From Mobula hypostoma (Eukaryota), in contig NC_086118.1 in the NCBI RefSeq assembly GCF_963921235.1, positions 12,464,001-12,528,000 on the forward strand: a DNA stretch of 64,000 nucleotides, given 5' to 3'. The translations under genes and the position numbers were made by a program. Positions within the stretch are counted from its first letter, which is position 1; the number at the start of each line of letters is the position of its first letter. This document shows, in pieces, positions 51,479 to 64,000 of this stretch. Under the pieces are notes generated by a model. That model worked only from the letters and a program-made list of their open reading frames with translations. It searched no databases and was not told the origin of the DNA.

Positions 51479-54400
51479 AATATCCTAGCGGGAAGGTTTG
51501 TTAATACTGCCTGTGATGTTTAAACTAGAATTGTGGGGAGATGGGAACCAGAGTGCTAGAATAATTAGTGGAGAGGTTGTGGAGACAGATATTGGTAAGT
51601 CCTTAGACAAAGTCAGGAATCAAAAGGTTGAGCATTGTGCAACTAATATCCTGAGCTGTGTATATTTCAATGCAAGAAATATCGTAGGAAAGGCAGATGA
51701 GCTCAGGGCATGGATCAACGCATGGGATGATGATATTGTAGCCAGCAGTGAGACTTCGATGCAGGAGGGCAGGACTGACAGCTCAATATTAAGGTGTTTC
51801 ATTGTTTTAGACATCACAGCATGAGGGAGATTAAAGGATGAGGGTGTTGTTACTAGTCAGGGAAAATGTCATGGCAGTAATCCCTCAGGACAGACTGGAA
51901 AACTCATTTAGTCAGGCTTTATGGGTGGAACTGAGAAATAAGAAAGGACTGATCATGTTAATGGGGCTATATTACACACCACCCAACAGTGCAAGGGGAT
52001 TTAGAGGTACCTGTACAAATTTGTGACGATACTGTTGCAAGTAACATCAGGTTGTTATAGTCGGCTGGGAATCCGATACTGTAAAAGAACTAGATGGAAT
52101 AGAGTTTGTCATATGTGCTCAGGAATGCTTCCATCAATACGTAGAAGACCCAATGAGAGAGTGTGCAAAACTAGATCAGGTATTAGGGAATGAGGCGGCA
52201 GGTGACAGAAGTTTGTGCAGGGGAATACTTTTATCTAGTAACCACAATGCCATCCGTTTCAAAGTAAATATGCAAAAAGATAGCCCTGGTCCATGGGTTG
52301 AGATTCTAAATTTTGATTTTATTCTGGCAGATTGGGACAGACTGTTTCTGGCAAAGGAGTACTTGGTAAGTGGGACACCTTCACAAGTGAAATTTTGAGA
52401 GCACAAAGCTTGTATGTGCCTGTCATAATAAAAGGTAAAGATACCAAGTGTAAGGAACCTTGGTTTTCAAGAGATATTGAGGCCCTGGTTAAGAGAAAAA
52501 AGGAGCTACATGGCAGGTATAGGTAGACAGGAACAAATGAGGTGCTAATGGAGTATAAGAAATGCAAGAGAACACTTAAGGAAGAAACCAGGAGGGCTAA
52601 AAGAAGGCATGAAGTTGCTGTAGCAGACAACATGAAGGAGAATCCCAAAGAGCAAAGAGATTGCAAAGGACAAAATTCGTCTTCTGGAAAACCAGAATGC
52701 TAATCAATGTGTGGAGCCAAAACATGTGGGGGAGATCTTAAGTCATTTTTTTGCATCTATATTTACTCAGGAGATGGATACAGAGTCTATAGAAGTAAGG
52801 CAAATCAGTATCAACTTCATAGAGGACCCTGTACAGATTACAGAGGAAGAGGTGTTTGCTATCCTCGGACAAATCAGGGAAGATAAATCCCCAGGGCCTG
52901 ATAAGGTGTTCCTTCAAACCCTATGGGAGGCAAGTGCAGAAATTGCCAGGGCTGTAATACAGATATTTAAATCATCCTTAGCAACAGGGGAGGTACAAGA
53001 GAATTGGAAGATAGCCAATGTTATTCCGCTGTTTAAAAAAGTCTCTAAACATAAACCAGAAAATTATAGGCCGGTGAGTCTGACATCAGTTGTGGGAAAT
53101 TTATCGGAAGGTATTCTAAGGGACTGGATACATAAATATTCAGATAGACATGCACTAATTGAGGATAGTTAGCATGTCTTCATTCATGGTAGGTCATGTC
53201 TAACCAATCTTATAAATCTTTTTCAGGGAAGTTACCAGGAAAGTGGATGGAGGCAAGGGAGTGGACGTTGTCTCCAAGGCATTTGACAAGGTCAAACAGC
53301 TTCGGTTCCTTGGCATTCAAGATGAGTTAATAAACTGGATTAGACATTGGCTTTGTGGGATAATCCAGAGGCTGGTAGTAGATGGTTGCATCTCTGACTA
53401 GTGGAGTGCCGCTGGGATTGGTGCTGGATCCTTTGTTGTTTGTGATCTATATCAATGATCTGGATGATAATGCGGTCAGCTGGATCAGCAAATTTGTAGG
53501 TAACATCAAGATTGGGAGTGTAGAGGACAGTGAGAAAAGCTAAGATGGCTTGTAAAGGTATCAGCAACAGCTGGAAAAATAGACTGAAAAATGACAGATG
53601 GAATTTAATGCAGACGAGTGCAAGGTTTTTCACTTTGGTAGGGCCAACAAGGCAAGCGATAGGGCATTGAGAAGTGTGGTAGAATAAAGGGATCTGTGAA
53701 TCCAGGTGAAGGTGGTGTCACACATAGATATGGTTGTAAAGAAAGCTTTTGGCACATTGGCCTTCATGAATCAATGTATTGAGTACAGGAGATGGGATGT
53801 TGTATCAAAGTTATATAAAATGTTAGTGAGACCTAATTTGGAGTACTGTATGCAGTTTTGGTCACCTACTAACAGGAGTGAAGTAAACAAGATTGAAAGA
53901 TTTTAGAGAAAATTTACAAGGATGTTGCTGGGTCTGGGAAACATGAGTTATAAGGGAAGATCGAATAAGTTGAGACTGTATTCCTTCGAACATAGAAGAT
54001 TGAGAGGAGATTTGACAGAGGTGTACGAAATTATGAGGGGTATAGATATAGTTCATGCAAGCAGGCTTTTTCCAAGAGGTTGGGTGGGACAAAAACCAGA
54101 AGCCATAGGTTAAGGGTGAAAGGTGAGAAGTTTAAGGGGATCATGAGGGGAAAGATTTTCACTCAGTGATTTGTGAAAATGCGAAATGAGCTGCCAGCAC
54201 AAATGGTGCATGTAAGCTTGATTTTAACGTTTAATAGAACTTTGCATAGGTACTTCGATAGTAGAAGTATGGAGGAAGATGGTCCCTGTGCAGGTCACTG
54301 GGAACAGGCAGTTTAAATGATTTTTGGCATGGACTAGGTGGGCCAAAGGGCCTGTTTCTGAGCTTTACTTCTCTATAAATTTAGTATTGAGGGCCTGTCT

Positions 54401-54989
54401 GGCATTGAGGTCGAGGTTGTCATAAGCCCAAACTCTTACATTCTAGAGCCATACCTGTGAAGGCAATCATACCACATGCCTTCTTTGTAACCATATCAAG
54501 TGCTTTCAAGAACTTATGAACTTGGACTCCTGGGTCTCTCTGTTCCTCAATAGTGCTCTACCATTTGCATTATCTGTCCTACTTCGATTTAATTTCCCAG
54601 ATTGCATCACCTCACACCTTTAAGTTCATCTTCCAATGCTCTGCTCAGCTATTTGTCTGATCTATATCCTGCTGTGGCCGTAGACAAGCTTCCTCACTAT
54701 CCACAGCACTACCAATTCTTATGTCATGTGTAAATTTCCTAATCATAGCTAACTTGCATCCAAGTCATCACAGATATCAAAGATTGCATCATGATTCCTA
54801 TGGCACATCACTGGTCACAAACTTACTGCCAGAAAATTAACGTTCATCACCACACCGTGCCTTGTGTCACCAAACCAATTTCAGGTCTTATTAACCAAAT
54901 ACTAAGAGATTCCGGGATCCCATATACAGTATCATACTCCTTGAACAGCCAACCATGTGGGACCTTGTCAAGTGCATATTGGTTAAAAA

Positions 54990-56459
54990 TGTCACAGGTG
55001 TGGAGCAAGGGTGGACCTAAATGTGGGACACAAGCACATTTTGTCGGGTTAACTAAACAGAGTTTATTAATAATTACAAGGAAAGCCATGACGCAAGAAT
55101 AGAACAGAGAGAAATCAAGGAGAGAGCAAAGCGGAAGCGGGAATAAGTGTAAAGGACTAGGACTCAGGCCCTGGACTTAGGCTGGGACTCAGGGTCGGGG
55201 CTAAGGCTAAGACCAGGAAAGCAGAACAAGGACAAGGAACTTGGATCTCGGAGCCTGGACTAGGACACCGAGCCAGAGACTAGACAGGGACCCAGAAACT
55301 GGGTCTTAACTTGGGCTCGGACTGCAGATCTAGGTGAAGACAAGACGTGGCTACAAAACTGGATGTGGCTAGGCTACAGGACTGGACCAGGAACTCCTGC
55401 ACAGGACGAGAACACAAAGCTTTGACTTGGACTTGGAACTGGAACATGGAACTCAGGACCCAGACATGGACTTGATACTTGAACCTCAGAGCCAGGACTG
55501 GATACTTGAACCTCGGAGCTCGGACTTGATACTTGAACCTCGGAGCTCAGACTTGATACTGGAACCTCGGAGCTCGGACTTGATACTTGAACCTCGGAGC
55601 TCAGACTTGATACTGGAAACTCGGAGCCAGGACTTGATACTGGAACCTCGGAGCTCGGACTTGATACTTGAACCTCGGAGCTCGGACTTGATACTTGAAC
55701 CTCGGAGTTGAGACTTGATACTGGAACCTCGGAGCCAGGACTGGATACTTGAACCTCGGAGCTCGGACTTGATACTGGAAACTCGGAGCCAGGACTGGAT
55801 ACTTGAACCTCGGAGCCAGGACTTGATTCACGAAACCTGGGCTTGGACTTGGACATGAAGAGGCAGTTTCCAACTCAGGGTAGCGGCAGACAGCTAGGCC
55901 TACCCTGTGGAGGTGAGGACAAGAAACACCGAGCCAGGGCTCCTCCTTGGACACAGGACGGAGTTGGGACTTTTTTTGACACAGGGTCAGGACCCTTCTA
56001 GGGTACAGGGCCGGGACCCCTTTTTGACACAGGACAGGGAGACGGAGACTGCACAATGATAGACAGTTCTTTATCTGGACACAAGTTTGCTCCAAGCAGC
56101 GGCAAGCTCTTGACTCACCCCGGCGGGTTAACTTTGACGGACCTGCACTTGCAAGGGAAGGTGGCTTGCTGGCACTTGCTTTGGGGAGGAGACTTGGCTT
56201 GCTCCAGCAAGAAACTTAGTTGGCTCCGGCAAGATGACATTGGCTCACACTAGCTTCGGTGACTTCGTTAACGCTCTCACGCCGAATGGCTGAAAGCCGG
56301 AGACTTATAAACTGCGGTTCAGTCGAGAGTAAATTGCCTTTAATCACCATGCCCGATGGACACGGGAAAACAGGGAATTAAAGGGAAACAAGGAGTCAAC
56401 GGTCCTGATCGTAACACAAACAAAGGAAATTTAAAGGGAACCCCATACGGACCATGACA
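54990..56459 (-). mobile_element. Solo LTR (probably Gypsy-type)
   Basis: TGTCA...TGACA termini with AAAAA on both flanks. Minus strand has TTTATAA (56311-56305) and AATAAA (55068-55063). Confidence 0.75.
55470..55826. repeat. 27-bp minisatellite, about 13 copies, inside the LTR
   Basis: Unit GACTTGATACTTGAACCTCGGAGCTCG with variants. Confidence 0.95.
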
Positions 56460-56512
56460 AAAAAAGGCCCAGAAGATTTATTGTTGATATAGCAAACTGA
56501 AGTATTGGGGTT

Positions 56513-58330
56513 AAGTTCAAAGTAAATGTATAATCAAAGAACATATATGTCACCATATACAGAGATTCATTGTCTTGCGGGCATACTCAATAAATCTATG
56601 GAATAATAAACATTATTTAATCAAAGAAAGACCACACCAACTCGGGCATTCAACAAGTATGCAAAAGACAATGATTTATGCAAATTCAAAAATAATAATA
56701 ATAATAATGGTAATAATAAGTAAGCGATAAATATTGAGAACATGAGATGAAGAGTCCTTGAAAGTGAGTCCATAGGTTGTGGGAACATCTCATGATGGGG
56801 TGGGTGAAGCTGAGTGAAGTTTTCACCTTTGGTTCAAGAGCCGGATGGTTGAGCTGGGTAACTGTTCCTGAACCTGGTGGTGTGAATTCGGAGACTCCTG
56901 TACATTCTACCTGATGGCAGCAGCGAGAAGAGAATATGTCCTGGGTGGTGTGGGTCCCAGATACCGGATGCTGCTTTCCTACAACAGTGTTTCCTATAGA
57001 TGTACTCACTGGTGGGGAGAGCCTTAACTGTGATGGACTGGGTCAGATACACTATTTCTTATGTGATTTTCCATGCAAGGGCACTGGTGTTTGGAAAACA
57101 GTCTGTGATGCAGCCAGTCAATATATTCACTATTACACATCTATAGAAGTTTGTCAAAGTTTTAGATGCCATGACAAATCTCAAACTCCTAAGGAACTAG
57201 AGGTGTTGCCATGCCTTCTTCGTAATTGCACTTACCTGCAGGGCCCAGGATAGATCCTCCAAAATAATAACACTGATGAATTTAAAGCTGATGACTCTCT
57301 CCACCTCCGATCTTCCAATGAGGATTGACTCATAGACCTCTGGTTTCCTCCTCTTGAAATTAAAAATGAGGTCCCTAGTCTTGTTGACATTGACTAAAAG
57401 ATTGCTGTTATGACTCTGTACAGCCAGATTTTCAATCTCCTCTCTATATGCTGATTCATCACCACATTTGATTCAGCCTACAGCAGAGGTGTCATCAGCA
57501 AATTTGATTACGACATTGGAGCTGTGCTTAGCCCACAGCCTTAAGTGTAAAGCGAGTAGATCAGGGGGCTAAGCACACTGCTTTGTGGTGCACCTGTGCG
57601 GGTGGAGGTCGTGGAGGAGGTGTTGTTGCCAAACTGAACTGACTGGGGTCTGCATGTAAGGAAATCATCTAGATCCAATTGCACAAGTAGATATTGAAGC
57701 CAAGGCCCTAGAGCTTTATGATTAGCTCAGAGGGGATGACAGTATTGAATGCTGTACTGTAGTTGATAACGAGCATCATGATATAAGCACCTTTGCTGTC
57801 CAGATGTTGCAGGCTTGTGTGGAGAGCCCATGAGATGACATCTGCTGTGGACCTGTTGCTCAGGTAGCCAATTGGAGTGGATCCAAATAGCTTCTCAGGC
57901 AGGTTTTATCACCAACCTCTCAAAACACTTAATTACTGTGGATGTAAGTGCTACTGGGTGATAGTCCTAAGGCAGGTCACCATGTTCTTCTGAAGCACGG
58001 GTATAATAGAACCCTGCTTGAAGCAGGTGGGTACCTCCGACTGCTGAAGCAAGAGATTAAAGCACATCCTAGCCAGTTGATCAGCACAGGTACTAAGAAC
58101 TTGGCCAGATGCCCCATCTGGGCTGGATGTTTTTCGTGCTACACCCTCCTGTAAGCTGCTCACGTGTCGGCCTCAGAGAGTGAAATCAGAGGATTATCGG
58201 GAGCTGTGGGAGCTCATGATGGTTCCGCCATGTTTTTACGGTCAAGGCAAACAAAGAAGGCATTAAGCTCATATGGAAACAAAGCCCTGTTGTCACCTGT
58301 GTTGCCAGATTTTACTTTATAAGAGGTGAT
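56513..58330 (-). mobile_element. Rex1-type LINE fragment
   Basis: Minus ORFs contain CADQLA..FNLLLQQSEVPTCFK and LFSLLPSGRMYRSLRIHTTRFRNSY; the tail is at 56513. Confidence 0.9.
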
Positions 58331-58639
58331 AGCTCAGAAATATTGATCTAAAATAAAACAATTATGAAGTCTGCTGGGATAGAAGTCACAATAATTCAGG
58401 ATTCCAGAAATGAAATTATCCTTGTACGATTTTGGGTCAGACTCCCACAACGGTCATAATTAATGCTTTTCTTGATAGTGTAAAGCATGCAGTCCAAAGT
58501 AGATACCAAATGTGTGGGAACTCCTTAGTTGCTGAGCACGTCAGCCATATTCCTCCTGATCCACCTTCACTACTGCCTCGACTGAATGGCACTATTACTG
58601 TGAACTAATGTATGCATGGAAATAGCTGTTTTCAACAAT

Positions 58640-59085
58640 GACCTGTTGATTTACTTCCATTGACTTTGATGGAAAGTAAAATCTGAGAGCTAGTGGGCTG
58701 TGGAATAGACGGGAGAGAGAGAGAAGAGTGGGAGAGAGAGAAGGAGAGACGGAAGGAGAGGGAGAGGGTTTTTCCTGTGCATTTTGAGGATCTGTGATGT
58801 GGATCTGGTATGGTGATAGAGACAAATACATTAGAGACTTTTAAGGGACGTTTAGATAGGTACATGGATGTAAGGAATTGAACTGGCTTTATTTCTTACC
58901 TCCATCACATACATGAGGAGTAAAAATCGTGATGTTACATATCCGATGGAGGGTTATGATGTAGGTAGGAGGGATTAATGTTTGGGTGTTTTTGATTTGC
59001 ATTTTAACTGGCTCAGCACAACATTGCGGACTGCAAGGCTTGTTCCTCTGCTGTATTGTTCTGTGTTCTCGGTTCTATGTTCTAT
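58640..59085 (+). mobile_element. CR1 3' end with a GA-rich tract and a small insert
   Basis: Contains tttagataggtacatggatg and ends with a tgttctatgttctatg tail. Confidence 0.7.
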
Positions 59086-59875
59086 GCAACAGGAGGCAAG
59101 AAGTATAATCAAAAAAGTATGGTGAATAAAATTACATCATGGTTTCATAACTTGTCATTTAATCACATCATCCAAGATAGTCTCTTGTTATCTAGGGAAA
59201 GGATTAAATCGGAACCTTAATGCTTCCCGTTTGAATACATTTTTTGGTTCTGCTGATGCTCCTGTGTAATGTTTAGAATTTCTTTTCATGTCAAAGATAA
59301 AAGCATAGCTCTTGGTTGATTTTGAAAACAACGTTTTGGGAGCAGTTTTCCATGTTGAACTTGCTGCTCCCAGCACCTGTGGCATGAGCCCGCATTGTGC
59401 AATCACTCCATTTCACCCTGTCAGTTCATTCCTGACACCTTGCTAGATGAACTTCAAGTGCTCCTCCAGAGCCGCTGCAACACCTAAAACACATTTTCAT
59501 GCTTCCAGAAGCTTGCTGAATAACATTTCAAGTTGTGCAATTGTTTCTGTCGAGCCCTCATTGGTTGACATTTAGAACTCAGTATCTCAGTTCATACTCA
59601 GATTATCGCTAAATGCTGGTGTTGATACGCTTCCTTGATTCAATCCATGAATCACAGTCTCCATTCTCCCATTCCCTAGTGCCAACTTTTGCATCCTTTG
59701 CAATGCACCTCCAGGACTCCAATGTCAACTCCACCTCAAACCTAAACTTCCATCCCCATCCCTCTCCCAAACACAGATCTGAATGGATGGCCATTAACAC
59801 GTTATTACTTTATTTCATTTATTTGAAGATACAGCTTAATGGTCCCTTCTGGCCCATACCACCCAGCTGCACCCA

Positions 59876-60164
59876 TTAGTCTTGCGAGAACATGGAAAGT
59901 CTTCACTCTCCAGGGCGCAGGCCTGGGCAAGGTTGTATGGGAGACCAGCAGTTGCCCATGCTGCAAGTCTCCCCTCTCAACGACACCGATGTTGTCCAAG
60001 GGAAGGGCATTAGGACCCATACAGTTTGGCACCAGCATCGTCTCAGAGCAATGTGTGATTAAGTGCCTTGCTCAAGGACACAACACGTTCCCTCAGATGG
60101 GGCTCGAACTCACGACCTTCAGGTAGCTAGTCCAATGCCTTAACCACTTGGCCACATGCCCACA
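59876..60164 (-). mobile_element. tRNA-derived SINE nested in an HE1/V-SINE-like element (59820-60355)
   Basis: A box TGGCCAAGTGG and B box GAGTTCGAGCC; TSD TGCACCCA at 59868-59875 and 60165-60172. Confidence 0.85.
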
Positions 60165-61414
60165 TGCACCCAAGTAACCAATTAACCTACTAACCTGTAC
60201 ATCTTTGGAATAATGGAGGAAACCGAAGCACCAGTAGGAACCCCATACAGTCATGGGCAGATTGTGCAAACTCCTTGCAGACAGTAGTTGAATTGAACCC
60301 TGGTTACTGCCGCTGTAACAGTGTTACCCTACTGCCAGGCTACTGTGCTGCCCTGAGGTGAATGTGTCCAGTTCTTTGTCTTGTGTGCCCTTAACACCTA
60401 TCTCATCCATGGGTTAACCAGAACTTCCAGGCCTGCTCCTCTCCAGCAGTCTTTCATCTGTTGGGATAATACAGCAGCCTCTCACATTTACAGCGCTGGC
60501 ATCATTTAAATCTCATTTGGCAATCTCCCACAGTTCATGCTTTAATTTAAAGGAAATAAAACTGATCAATAAAAACAACTCATGCAGAGATCAATGGAAA
60601 CAGGCTTCAGAGGATATACTCTAACTGGGGGAATTTCAAGCAGGGGAATCAAATAGAGCTGGTGTAATTATTTTCAGTGAATGCCCAGCCAGTTTATCAT
60701 CTGGATCAGAGGTTCAGCTGTGTATGTGTGTTCCCTGTAGCGTGGACAGCAGAGTGAGTCAGCAGAAGGTTCTGAATAGGAATTAGAATGAAATCTCCAC
60801 CATTTCCAGCTTACTAATTGCTGAAGTAATAAACCCCAGGAATTATTGCATTTCTCTCAGTAATACAGAAGTGACATGGCTGTATCCTAGGTAAATAGCT
60901 GGGAAGGATTTGGAGAGGGGTGGTGAATTCATGAGTATAAAGTATCCACAATCCCTGAATAATATTTATTATTTTTGAACATCTGGCATGTGTGAAGGAA
61001 AAATATAGGTTATAGTTTGTAAATAGAATCAGAGGAGACACAGAGATAGCAGATGATGGAACCTAGAGCAACAAATATTCAGAAGGTCAACCAGCACCTG
61101 TGATTGCCCTAATGAAGGGCTTCAGCATGAAGCATTGCCACTTCCTCTCCCCCCAGTATAAAATTGGAACTAAACAGGACTGATAAAAAGAGGAACAGCA
61201 TCATACAAACAGCTGGGTGCACACATGTCAAAGGAAAAAAAAACAGGAGAAAAAGCTTCTAGTTCCAATGAAGATGGTAGACAGAGACTCTTGTAGAGCA
61301 TAAAAATAGTGACATGGATCATGGGCACATTCTACAGAATAATTGATATTCAGTTATATTCTAACTACCCAGTCAATATATGTCTATTTCTGGTTTCTAC
61401 ATACTATACACTTA

Positions 61415-61540
<126 letters not shown>

Positions 61541-62259
61541 TCACAAGGATATTGGGAAGTAAGCAAAACTGAAAACTGGGAAGGAACAAGTGAATGTTCT
61601 AATCGTAATATTCTGAAGCATCCAGCCCTTTCCTAAAATGCAGTGCCTCCTCGTTAGTCCTGTCTATATTCAAATCATTTGTAGTCTCACAGCATTAGAT
61701 GGCAGTGTGAGTTCAGTCTGTGCGTGTGAGATCTCCCACTGTTAATGCTGGCAGATTCTTGGATTCAGGCCATCCTTAATCTTGCTAGGTTAATACAGAG
61801 AACTAACTGGAGCCAATTCAGTGTGACCTCCACATGTTGACACTGACAGACGTTAGGATTTAAGCCACTTCAGTTGCATCTGACTTATGTGCTGCAGCTA
61901 CCTAGACTGACCTACATGCAACTGAGCAGCTGTAATATTGCCACATGCTGGGGCTGAGTTAGTAAGGAGGGGATGGTGTCTGAATCCCATACCCATGTTG
62001 ACCAATTCCTGAATTCTGTACCAGCCTAATCTTCAAGATAGCAATTTTAAGATGTACTGAGATTTATCATTGGGAGCTATGGGCAAAAGGAAATAGATAG
62101 GGTGTAAAGAGGGGAAAGAAAATTATACAGCAAAAATAAAAGACATGGTGAAGAATATACAAAGGAATGGCCAGAACTTCCTTAGAGCAGATTATCTGTC
62201 ATTATCCTAGTTCTGAACAAGGGCAATCAGTCATTAGAATTCTCTACATGAGAAGCTCT

Positions 62260-62557
62260 ACTGTGTGGAGCGTGGCCAGACAGTTAGGACATTAGACTAG
62301 TGATCTGAAGGTCGTGGATTCAAGCCTCGGTCGAGGCAGCGTGTGAATTCTTGAGCAAGGCACTTAACCACACAATGCTTCAATCAACCCAGCTGAAAGT
62401 GGGTACCGGCAAAAATGCTGGGGGTTAACCTCGCGATAGACTGGCGTCCTATCCGGGGGGGGGAGTCTCGTACTTTCAGTCGCTTCACGCCACGGAAACC
62501 AGCTTAAGCACTGGCCTGATGGGCCACAAGGCTTGTGACAGACTTTAATCTAACAGA
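62260..62557 (+). mobile_element. tRNA-derived SINE with a MetaSINE-like central domain
   Basis: Decayed A and B boxes; contains GCGATAGACTGGCGTCCTATCCGGGGG...AGTCGCTTCACGCCACGGAAACC; TSD AGAAGCTCT at 62251-62259 and 62558-62566. Confidence 0.8.
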
Positions 62558-62566
62558 AGAAGCTCT

Positions 62567-63665
62567 GTGGATGCTGGAAATCCAAAGCAACGCAAACAAA
62601 ATGCTGGAGAAGCTTAACAGGCAATCAGTATCTATGGAAAATAACGAGCAGTCGACATTTTGGGCTGAGACCCTTCTTCAGCAAAGGAAGGGAGAAGATG
62701 CCACAATAAAAAAGTGGGGGGGGGGGAGGGAAGGAGGATAGCTAAAAGGTGAAGCCAAGTGGGTGTGAAAGGTAAAGAGCTGGAGAGAAAGAAATCTGAT
62801 AGAAGAGGAAATGGACAACGGGGGAAAAGGAAGGAGGAAGGGATCTAGGGGGGAGATGATAAACAGGTGAGAGGAGGTAAGAGGCCAGAATAGTTGAAGA
62901 GGGGAGTGAGATGGATTTTTTTTTAACCAGAAGGAGAAATCAATATTCATGCCATGAAGTTGGGAGGCTACCGAGGTGGAATATAAAGTGCTCTCCTCCA
63001 CCCTGAGGCTGGCCTCATCGTGGCACAGAAGTAGGCCATGGACTGACATGTCAGAATGGGAATGGGAATTAAAACGTTTGACCACTGGGAAGTTTCGGTT
63101 TTGGCGGATGGAGTGGAGGTGCTCTATGAAGCAGTCGCACAATTTATGACACGTCTCACCAAAGTAGAGGAGGTCTCATCAGGTGCAACATTCATTGGAG
63201 TCAGCCCCAGCAGATTTGCAGGTAAAGTGTTGCCTCACTCGGAATGGAGGTGAAGGAGGAGGTGAATGGTCAGGTGTAGCAGTTTGGCTACTTACAAGGA
63301 TAACTGCCAGGAGGGAGATTAGTAGAGAAGGATGAAGGGACAATGGAATCAATCATGGAAGGAGAGATCCCTGGGAAAGCAGATAGTAGGTAGGTGGTAA
63401 AAGAAGGTTTGGTGTTAAGATCCTTTTGAAGATGGCAAAAGTTGCAGAGAATGGTATGTTGGATGTGGAGGCTCCTGGGGTAGTAGGTAAGGGCATGAGG
63501 AACTCCGTGTGGTGGGAAGATGGGGTAAGAATGGATGTTCGGGAAATGGAGGAGATGTGGGTGAGGGCAGCATCAACAGTGGAGGAAGGGAAACACTTCT
63601 CTTTGAAGGAGGAGAACACCTCTGATGTCCTGGAAAGTTGCTTCCTGGGAACAGATGTGGCAAAG
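62567..63665 (-). mobile_element. Penelope-like element, 3' part (GIY-YIG endonuclease remnant and terminal repeat)
   Basis: Minus strand reads LLYFGETCHKLCDCFIEHLHSIRQ..PVVKRFNS..GMNIDFS, with FPSSTVDAAL upstream. The terminus is shared with the short derivatives. Confidence 0.88.
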
Positions 63666-64000
63666 ACAAGGGAACTCTACCTAAGTAGGATGTGTGATGG
63701 ATGTTTATTTTTCAGGGCCCAAGAGGCTTATTGCCTACCTCAGCTTTCTAGTGCAGCAGCATGACCTTTCTAAAGGGTCAAAGTTGTTTGTAGCAAAGTT
63801 AAACTTCTAACCAATATTCCTCGCTCAGCTTCATTTTGTAAACAAGCAAGCGGTAGGGTCTTGCAGGCCCTTGTTAAATCAATGTAAGACAATGGGGTTA
63901 TGTTAACTGGCCTGCATCAATCCAGACACCACTGACTAAGTTATTTGCGGCACTGTGACTGCAAAAAAACATAACATGGTGGTAAAAATTAACTAGCAGC

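Larger units (their letters stand above)
48560..54375 (+). mobile_element. Full-length decayed CR1 LINE (5' UTR, ORF1, ORF2) with nested insertions
   Basis: ORF1 has VECS..GMW..DDY..CIQLQLL and esterase remnants; ORF2 has YFNARNI, DKSPGPD, NYRPVSLTSVVG and EYCMQFWSP; a CR1 3' end follows. Confidence 0.93.

Noticed and set aside
55374..56095. Repetitive Ser/Pro-rich ORFs, or a CRISPR-like array
   Set aside because: Head-to-tail 27-bp units with no unique spacers, inside an LTR in eukaryotic DNA.
60090..60164. tRNA gene
   Set aside because: It is a SINE head: it continues into a SINE body and is flanked by a TSD.

Overview
Repeat-rich vertebrate genomic DNA, most likely a cartilaginous fish (inferred from the CR1, Rex1, Penelope and HE1-like SINE repertoire). 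One host gene is clearly recognisable: the last two coding exons of a GSG1-family claudin-like gene on the minus strand, best matching GSG1L2 (61527-61416 and 45258-44955). Its 3' UTR possibly extends about 8.6 kb, to near 36360. Most of the rest is transposon-derived: three long CR1 LINEs, many CR1 and Rex1-type fragments, a HERO fragment, a Penelope-like element with many short derivatives, a Tigger element, a nested hAT composite, a solo LTR with a 27-bp minisatellite, and tRNA-SINEs. The most interesting leads are three. (1) A chain of candidate minus-strand exons at 20.5-21.3 kb, whose best reading frame the ORF track does not list, encodes an IL-15/IL-2-like D-helix motif. (2) Minimal hammerhead-ribozyme motifs sit in Penelope-derived fold-back insertions with clear target-site duplications. 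(3) A Russian-doll hAT/hAT/Tigger composite. All family calls come from motif recognition by eye, not from database searches, and repeat boundaries are approximate unless TSDs or TIRs are given.
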